A stretch of 64,000 nucleotides of DNA from the human T2T-CHM13v2.0 reference genome, Homo sapiens: the NCBI RefSeq assembly GCF_009914755.1, contig NC_060927.1; one strand, written 5' to 3'. A program made the translations under genes and the position numbers. This document shows, piece by piece, positions 55,296-64,000 of this stretch. Position 1 is the stretch's first letter. Each line of letters begins with the position of its first letter. Under the pieces are notes generated by a model that ran no database searches, had not been told where the DNA came from, and saw only the letters and a list, made by a program, of their open reading frames with translations.

Positions 55296-58189
55296 AGGAT
55301 ATCTGCAAGTTATATGACATACTCTCTCACAATACCTTTGTGAAGCATGTCATTTTCATCTAACACAGCAGGGCTCAAGCAAGAGTAATATAGTAATATT
55401 CAAAAAGACCAGGGGTAGGTAGTCAGTTTTCCACCTTTACCAATATGGAGGAACACTGATGTAAAGAAAACTATCACCTATCTTTTTAGGGAGGCATTTT
55501 TAGTGTATAATCAGGACTTTAGAAGGCAAACTTTCTTTAGGCTGTACCCACCATTGACCTTAACTGAGAACACCTCTACCAAGGTCAGGGGGCCAAGACT
55601 CTCCACTCCAGGTGATGAAATCATACAGTTTTGATATGATTTCACAATATGAACTGTAGATTTTTGATAAAGTAAAGGCCTGGCCAGAAAAAGGGCAGAA
55701 ACCTATATGAACTTTAAGGTGGTCAGAAAGCTCAGCTCTACTTAAGAAACACTTTTAGACTCACTTTAGTAGGCTATCAAAACAAAAACAAAAACAAAAA
55801 CAAAAAAAGACACAAAAAGGAAAAAAAAAATAGTTGTACCTTCAAGATATCTCTTGCAGGAAGCCTAGTCCATCAAGAAATAAACCTTCATCTCCCGATT
55901 CCAAAAATCAGATACCAGCAGTTCTCACAATGCCTCTAGTGGTAATTCTGTGGTTTTATATCAAGTTCTCTATCCTCCCCAGAGACTCACAGAAATGGCA
56001 TCTCAGCACTTTTAATCCATTACTCCCCATTAAGTCCATTAGTTACATAAGCCTAGAAGATACCAGTATAGGTCAGCATTTGCCAAAGTGTGTTTCCACA
56101 AGCACTCAACGCTGCTAGATGCTAAAACACGCTCTGTGAACAAAAGCGCTTGCTGTCAAATGCTTTTGAGAGATGCTAGAGTTAAACAAAGCTAAAGTTG
56201 TTTATTTGCTGCCAGATTTCTGGGAGCCTTTCAGATGCCAATGCAGCCTGTGGCAGTGCAGGAAAGAGACCAAGAATGCAACATTTCCCACACATTCTTC
56301 ACTAGGGTCTCTTCATCTTCGAATTTTGCTGAGCATCATCACAGTCAACTGCTCTAATGAACATATTTTGGGAAATATACAAAGAAGAGGTCAGCTAGGT
56401 CATGTGAGAAATCCATGTTTCGTTCATTGCTCACACATTAAATTTTCTGCACAAACACATTATTCTCTGTGAAATTATCCTTCACTCGTAGGGAAAACAA
56501 CAATAGAAGTCCTCTGCATCTAAATCCAAAGGGATCTGAGCTGTTCTACGCATATTTACTGTGTTGCTTAAGAATGTCTCATGGTTCTTTCCTATGGCAA
56601 TCTCCATTCCATTATTCAAAAATACAAATTAATCACATTCTAAGCAATTGTTCAGTTTCCTTCATTTGTATGTGGTTGCAGTCTGTAAGTGAAATTCCTT
56701 AATTTCTTTTCTCAAAGAAAGCTTCTATCCATACAAAACAGTCCCCAAACCCCCAAATTTTGGGCTCTAATATGAGTTAAGTAGAAAGGTAAATGCTAAT
56801 GTTTCATTAATCCTAACGCTTGAATTTCACCCCAACCTCTGCAGTGTTCTGCTCTCTCTGAAGTGCTTGTTTGCTTTTCAGTTCCCCAAATTTGGCTCTG
56901 GTAAAAACAAAACAAAACAAACAAACAAACACTAATGGGAACAGTAACTGTGTTTTGTATAATTTGGGGCCATTACCAGCTACTTTATGCTTCATTTGCG
57001 TACTTGCGTGTATTAGATACATTTTGTTAAGTTCACCTAAGGATATTTCCCTCAATGGGCACAAATTCATGGTGCCTATAAGGTGACTTTAGTACAGCTT
57101 CATCATCTACACTAATATTTCCAGCAGCCCCTCAAAAGCGAGATATTTTCTTGAAAGTAAAATAACAAAACTTACTGTATGTCTGATACTGCAGAGGCCA
57201 CTTAAATTGTCTATAATAAGTCCAAGGAAAGGATCGTTGAAGTTAACTGGCCTTGGGAATTTCAAGTACACCTCCCTTTGAAATAAAACCATTTCCAAAG
57301 AACGTCATGTCAAATGCACATCTCCCTCCAGAAAATTGTGTTTTCTTTTCACCCCACCCAGAACATAACTGAATATCATTTTGCTGGGTAGGGAACCTCC
57401 CTAACCTGCCTTAAGTCTCATCTATTTCCATTTAACCATAGTTCCCAGCTAACACTACCTCTTTCCCAAGTTTACCTCTGGCAAGACAAAAAGGATGGTC
57501 TTTATGAACAGATGGTCTTTTCAAGGTAAAGTAGTTACATTTAAATACAGATAAATGTACTGTAAAAAACGGCTTTAAAAGAATTTAGGTCTTTAAGGGG
57601 GAAAATATGAGAGCACAAGACACTATTCTTTAATTACATGAGATTTCTTTTTTCTTCCCTTGAAGACAAAACCAATTCCTAATGAAGCATAATGAATCGT
57701 AAAGAGGCACCAATGCTCATCCCAACAGATGTTTATTGATTGGTGTTGACTGAACACAAACACAAGGGTGTTGCTTACTATTGTCAGTAAGTGGTGGGAA
57801 GCAGCACCAGTTCCCCCTGGTTATTTTACCTTTCAAAGACAAGCTGACAAATTTATTTTGTCACGAGCAGCTGTGTTCTTATTTTTATAAGGGTTGGCTT
57901 ACAACTAAGAAAGCAAGCGGAGGGAACAGCCTTTTGGTGTCCAATGTGTTATCTGGCAAGGACAGATTGTTTTAGGGTGCAATGGAAAAGATTTTTAATG
58001 AAACTACATTTCAAACGAGCAGCATATGCTTGATTTTCCCTTCTGCTACTCATCCTGCCATTTGTTAATTTTTGTTATTGTTGTTCTCCGGGACTCCTAA
58101 ATTTTCATACAAGCTGTCTCGTCCGGCACTAACACAGCTTGGGGCGAATTAATGCTTGGGATGCAAAAACCTGCACGTCCCACTCCAGC

Positions 58190-59190
58190 CATTTTTTTTT
58201 TTTCATTTCTAAAATTTCTACATTCAATCAGGGTTTAACCGGTGAACTAGTTGACGGAACAAGCAGGGATTAAAAAAAAAAAAATTCCTCCTCTTTGTGA
58301 GTCCTTGGAGCCCCAGAGCCAGAAAATGTGACTTCAGAATATGTGTGGACTTGTCAGCAGCTCAGCTGCACACAATTATGGGGTCAGAGCCCAGATTGGA
58401 GGTCTGGAGAAACTCTGAAATTGGGAATTAGGACAAAATTTTTTTCTTTTTAACACCGTAATGCCACATATTAATTTAAATGATTCTCTCAGAATGATTC
58501 TGTGGCCCAGTTAAATGAAGTTCAAGGAAATGAATTTCAGCCTTTGACACTCTGAGTCCTATTTGAAAGTAGTCGGCTTTACAAGATTAAAAACAAATTA
58601 CAGGGAATAGGAAATCTTTGATTAGCAGGTGCTTTGATAGCTGCAAGAATATTTTTTCTCAAAAATGTGAACACACATGGGAGAGGCACCACTATTATTA
58701 TCTTTGTGTGGAAGGCCTTATAATGAGGATTCCATTGTGTCCGGAGACTGAGGACATGAATTGCTATGTCTGAAGGGTCCTGGTTCAAGAGGTGATTTCA
58801 GTAAGACACAGCTGATACATAGAACCTAAGGTTTCATGGGTTCATAAACTCTCTTTTTTTTGCTAACCTCCCATAATCAGTTGAAGAATTTAAGGGACTC
58901 ACCCCTTTCTGTAGGATTCCCTTCATAACTAATGGGAGGCAGAACTTTTCAACAGAGAAAGAGAATGCTCGACATTTTTCAATACCATGTGCATCAACCA
59001 ATGGGAGAAAAGGGTCTTGGAAGTTTAGACAGAGTCTTTGGTCAGCTCTGAGCTCAGGAAGACTGAAGTCCATGTCCAGGTTGCCCCATTCACTCATTGT
59101 ATGACCTTGGGCAAGATACGTCAATTCTAAGGAGTTCAGTTTTCTCGTCTATACTGTGGGCATTTCAAGGGTCACTGTGCAGATGAAACG
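58190..59190 (-). other. NPCDR1: Probable NPCDR1 locus (single-exon, doubtful ORF nested in FHIT intron 7)
   Basis: From memory, NPCDR1 is a ~1-kb minus-strand unit nested in FHIT. ORF 58834..59124 (..QGHTMSEWGNLDMDFSLPELRADQ..) looks like its predicted peptide. A genomic A12 (minus strand) lies at 58192-58203. Recall only, unverified. Confidence 0.45.
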
Positions 59191-59235
59191 AGTTACCACA
59201 GGGTGTGGCATACAGTAAAAACAAGTTAAATGGCA
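59045..59235 (+). mobile_element. MIR
   Basis: tgtatgaccttgggcaag...ttcagttttctcgtctatactgtggg...gtggcatacagtaa. Confidence 0.7.
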
Positions 59236-60529
59236 ACAAAATATAATCAGAAATTGCACCAACGTCAGTGCCTTATTCCATCTCATTTCTCCCATTCAGT
59301 TAGTTTCCAAGTTATAAGGGTTCAACCCCTTCCTGCTAGGCCCTGTGCAGACATGCCTTGCTCCATCACATGTTCAGCCTTGAATGGATAGGAATGTCCA
59401 CTGCTTGGTCACTGTTACAGAACTACACATATGAGATGCTCCATCATTATGTAACTCATGGACCAGCTAGCAAGATGGCACTAGTGTCCTAGTGAGGATG
59501 GGTACTCAGAACCAAGATATTAGAGACAGAATGTGCCCTGTTAAGTTCAGAACATATAAAGTAAATACTCTAGAGTTTCAGACTAACTTGATGGAATATT
59601 CAAGAGGCTTGATAAGCCCTGAATGGGGCCTTGTGAGACATAGGGCCACTTAACCTTGGACAGTAAGAATATTATTGCCAGCAACTCAAGTGTGTCTCTC
59701 ATGAAGAACTGGGGCTACCTGTGAAGCTTGGTTCACTAGCCATCCCCAGACTATTCCTTGGCATGTTTGGCTGGGAAGGTATCCTTGGCGCTCACTGTAG
59801 TATCATACATTTCAGTAGCTCTATGGGTCAGGGTTGATATTCTCACCAAGCCTCCAGCCTAAACCTCTGAGGGTGCCTATTCTTCATTCCTCCAGTGTCA
59901 CCTGTCTCACACGGGGCCAGTCAGCTTTTTCCTGCAGGTTCCATCCTGCCCCAGATTCTGAACCAATCAAACTCCCTGACAAGTGGAATCCAAGTCCTAT
60001 GAGTTCACAGCTTAAGGTCTTCACAGCAAGTCAGACCAATGCCTGACCCTGCTCTGCTCCTGCAAGTGGCTTATACCCTAGTTTAGCTCACTGAGTTTCT
60101 CTTGTCTTATTCAGTACAGGTCTCAGTAGTACTCCTGTTCATTTGGGATTGGTTTTCTACCTTGTCTCCTCGAGGTTCTCTGGAAAACAGAAGCAAACCA
60201 GTATTTGCTGGCCCCTACCTAGTGCTTTCATCAAATTGATCTACATGTTGCTCTTCAGTCACAGGCTCCCTCACTTCCGTATTTTTGCTCCTGACTTATC
60301 TCTTCCTCAACCCCATTCTCAATCTCAGCTCCTCTACTGATAAAATCCCTCCCAGTTGAATACCAACTCTTCCATGAACCTCAGCTAGACAGGGTGTGTC
60401 TCCCTCCTCTAACTCTTAAAGTACTTGGTTTCTCAATTCTGGTGCTTCTCACTGCTTCCCACGATGGCAATTACTGACATGTCTTCTCTTTCTGGTTAAA
60501 CTCTTGACTGTCTTCCAAATGCATCTTGC

Positions 60530-61115
60530 CTTATCCACTCGCATTTCCTCTAATCTGTCTTCCATCCTAACCGTATAGTGACGCTCTTGAAACACAATTC
60601 TGATTCCCTCTGTTTCTGGCCTTCAGTCATTTCCTACCATACTAAAAATAGAGACTTGGATCCCAAACGAAGCCTAGAAGGCTTTAGTTGGCCCCATTAT
60701 CTTTACTGCCTTATCTTGCATTTTTGGTCTTCTCTTGCCTTGTGCTCCCACCACACCAACCTCTCTCTTCTGCCACAGGCCCTCTGCACATGCTGTATCC
60801 CTCCCCAACCTCTGTCTCTGCCTTCACTGACACCTATTCATCCCTTACAACCCAATTCAATCATGTTTTAAAGAAGATCTCTTGTGGTCTTTCCAACTAG
60901 GCCAGTTTTCCCTAAGATATCCTACCACAAACATGTCTTCTTTATAGCATAAAGATGTAATTTTAAGTTTTTTATTAATTTCCTGCTATCCCACTAGATT
61001 GTAACCTCCCTGATGGCAAGAACCATGTTAGATTTTGTTCAACATTTCATCCCCATAAGTTCTGAGAATATTTATATAATAGTTGCTCAATTAAATATTT
61101 GCTGATTGAATTTAT
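60530..61115 (+). mobile_element. L2 3' fragment
   Basis: ctctgcacatgctgt...cccactagattgtaacctccc...ggcaagaaccatg...ctcaattaaatatttgctgattgaat. Confidence 0.7.
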
Positions 61116-62609
61116 TTTGGGCCAAAGACCAGGTTTCATTTTTCTTCTCAGCCCACTGATTTCTGGCACAAAGGAGAGGTTCCATAACTAACTGTTCACC
61201 ACCAATGAAAATACAGGTATAATGTTTAAAAGCTTCCTATTTCTTCTTGTGGTACTATTAAGTAGGACCAGAGCAGCAGTACTTCACAGGGGTAGTGTGG
61301 CATCTTCAAGTACAATGATTTGTAGGGGATAAAGAAAAGAAAAAAAAAAAACCCACAAAACTAGTTTGTGCCACATATAAGGAAGAATATGGTTCTCTTG
61401 GGCAAAAATGGCATTGTTTTCAACAACTGATATGGACTGCCTCATAATTGCTATAGCCTTAGCAATCTATACTGGCCATAAAGGCAAGCCAAAGGGAACT
61501 GTTATGACTCCAGAGAGTTACCATTGCCTGTCTATTAGGCCAAGTTGTACCCCAACCCCAAAATGACAGATGATTTGCTACACAGTGCCCAAGAGAAGGA
61601 AGAATAATAAAAGAAAAGCCGTGTTCTCATTCTGTGCATAGTTTTGCCTCACTTCGTACAGTAAGTCCAGGAGTCTTATTTTCCAAAGTAAAAATGGTGA
61701 AATTTGTCTTTAAACACTGCTTCTAAATGTGTTGGTTAGATGCTTCATTTCTACAATTAAACACCTACCTATTGGCTTCAGCACCAGGTATTTAGGCCAT
61801 CCTGGCCTAGTTCCACTGACTATTCCAGTGTCTATAAAACACCTTCACCAAGCATGAGAAACAAACACAGACTTTATTTTCTACCTCATCTGTCTTGCAT
61901 TTCCTTGTGCTTAATACTGTGACATTTAAGTGGCAGTGACACAATCAGCAAACCTAGTGAAGGATGAGTCTATGTAAAGGCAACCATGTTTGCGGGCAGA
62001 GAATATCAACTTTATACGTACCTAAATGACTGCTGTGTGCACAGCAGCCAAGCCCAATAAATGTTAAATCACAAAACTCACACTATAAGCTGAAAGTGCC
62101 TTTAGGTGTGTGAATTCCAGTTTCATGTTGCAAAGCTACCTAATATTCTAAGGTTGTCGGGGGAGATATGGAAATTGAGTCTATAGTAGAGAGAAAAGTT
62201 CTACACCAACTCCAGACCTTATCAGTGGTCAATATACCAACCCAACAAAAGCAGGTTGCATTCTACCACGGCTATTCATTACAAATAATTTTACTTATAT
62301 TCAGTGCCAATGCCCAGCCTTCTCTAGTCCCTGTTCCAGCTTTACTTTTCTTCATTGCACTAATCGCCACTTAACATGTGCATATTTTACTTATTTTTTT
62401 GTGGGCCCTCATTCCCCTCAACCAAAATGCAAACTAAGAAGACAGAGATTTTTATCAGTTTTATTCATTACTGTATCCCAAGAAGCTAGGATACAGGGGA
62501 TTCTCTCTGAGATTATTTGCTGGCAAATGAATGAGATTCTTGGCATTTGCTAGGCACTGTTCCTTTCGCTTTCCATGAATTAGAAGAAGGCAACATAAAT
62601 GAATAGCCA

Positions 62610-62850
62610 AAAGCTTGGGCCTCAGAGTGAGATAACCTAAGTCCCAAACCTTATGAAGTGTTTATCTTGGGCAAGTCTCTTAAACTCTCTGTGTCCCAAG
62701 TGGCTACCTCTAAAAGGGAGATGATAAAAAGGACACTACATAAAAGGGCTACTATGAAATGTAATGAGATTATAAATATACTGTAAGATGCTTTGCATAG
62801 TTCCTGGCCACACAGTAACTAAACAACAAATGTTAGCCATTATTTTTATT
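62610..62850 (+). mobile_element. MIR
   Basis: gggcctcagagtgagataacct...cttgggcaagtctcttaaactctctgtg...gttcctggccacacagtaa...aaatgttagc. Confidence 0.7.
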
Positions 62851-63329
62851 TTCTTTCTATTATTTTTATAATTATTAACTATTAAAATAAAGGTAGGAAC
62901 TATTATCATTCTCTTTCTACAATTGACGGTACAGAGAATGCTTCTGCTTGAAGTTGCAAAATGTTACAACTGGTTAAAAAAACATTAGAGAAAGAGAGCA
63001 GGAGAGAAGGAAGAGTAAGAAGCGTTACAGGAAGAATCAAGAGATACTAGCCTAGAAATAAAAAGACTCATCCTGGAGAACTTGGTTAAGGTGGGTTCTG
63101 TGAGCATGTGGGAGCCTGGTAGGTCCAGAATAGACACTTCTTATAGCAGATCTAGAACTGGCAACGAACTGTAGTAAGCCAAAGAGTGAGGTAGGACCTA
63201 ACAGATTGGACTAGGAATCCAACCAGATGACCTAGATTTCTGATTATCTGGCTCCACTTCCTTTACCGTCACAGAGAGTAAGGTCTCCAGTTCCTCCCCT
63301 GTACTAGAATGCTCCCAGACAACCTAGGT

Positions 63330-63550
63330 GATTAGTGAGAGTTTAAGTTCTCTACTCTGAAGGACTTGGGTTCAGACACAACTCAATCACTTATAAGCTT
63401 AGTGACCTTGGACTGACCCTTAATTTCTTCATTTGCAAAATGAGGAAACTAACTGCATCTTATCCCATAGGGTTGCCATGAAGATAAAATGAGATGGCTC
63501 CCAACAAGTACTGGATGCTGTCTGGGGGGTAAAGGAAGCTTTCAATAATC
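63330..63550 (+). mobile_element. MIR
   Basis: gacttgggttca...gtgaccttgg...tttcttcatttgcaaaatgagg...tcccatagggttgccatgaagataaaatgagat. Confidence 0.7.
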
Positions 63551-64000
63551 ACATAAACAGAAGTAGCATTCAACCTGGCTGAGCAAATGCTTTAGATAAA
63601 ATCGAAGTTCTTTCTCTTCCCTGCCCTGACTCCCCAGAAGAGAATAATATATGGTATAAGCAAATCCAAAAATACCCGCTAAAGGAAGTTAACAATCAGC
63701 AACTATCATTCTTAATGTCTTGGGCAAATCAGCATACTTTTCAAATACAAAAAACACAAACAAACAAACAAACAAATAACACCTCAAATAATTAAGTACT
63801 TTATGAAAATAAGTCAAAGTTTCTTTAGAAACTTTGTCTTAAGAATCAGACAAAGGCCAGCCCACCACCTATGTCATGGAGGGGTCATAAGGAAAGAGAA
63901 TGAAGAAAGAGAAAAAGAAAAAGGGGTGAAATTCTAATATTTAACATCTCCAGGCACATGCCCCAGCCTCTCACGCAGCCCTACCTACCACAACCAACCA

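Overview
This is primate (human or close relative) nuclear DNA, AT-rich and dense in repeats, not a prokaryotic or accessory region. The only coding sequence I can support is a 69-bp minus-strand exon at 9680-9748. It encodes [23 protein letters not shown], the histidine-triad exon (exon 8) of FHIT at 3p14.2/FRA3B. The rest is FHIT intron: part of intron 8 to the left and part of intron 7 to the right. The introns hold Alus, L1/L2/L3 and MIR fragments, MaLR/ERVL solo LTRs (MLT2A, THE1, MLT1, LTR16), DNA-transposon relics (MER33, MER5, MER94, MADE2, Tigger3) and simple repeats. Almost all ORFs in the six-frame track are spurious or repeat-derived. I found no convincing new multi-gene system. 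The least ordinary signals are: (i) a heavily decayed Ty3/Gypsy-like integrase on the minus strand at about 39.4-40.3 kb; (ii) an orphan L1 5'UTR promoter and a THE1 LTR, both in FHIT-sense orientation with intact splice donors upstream of exon 8; (iii) a MIR-derived ORF region at about 58.2-59.2 kb that I recall as NPCDR1; (iv) closely spaced inverted Alus. Repeat subfamilies and most boundaries are eye-matched to remembered consensus sequences and are approximate.
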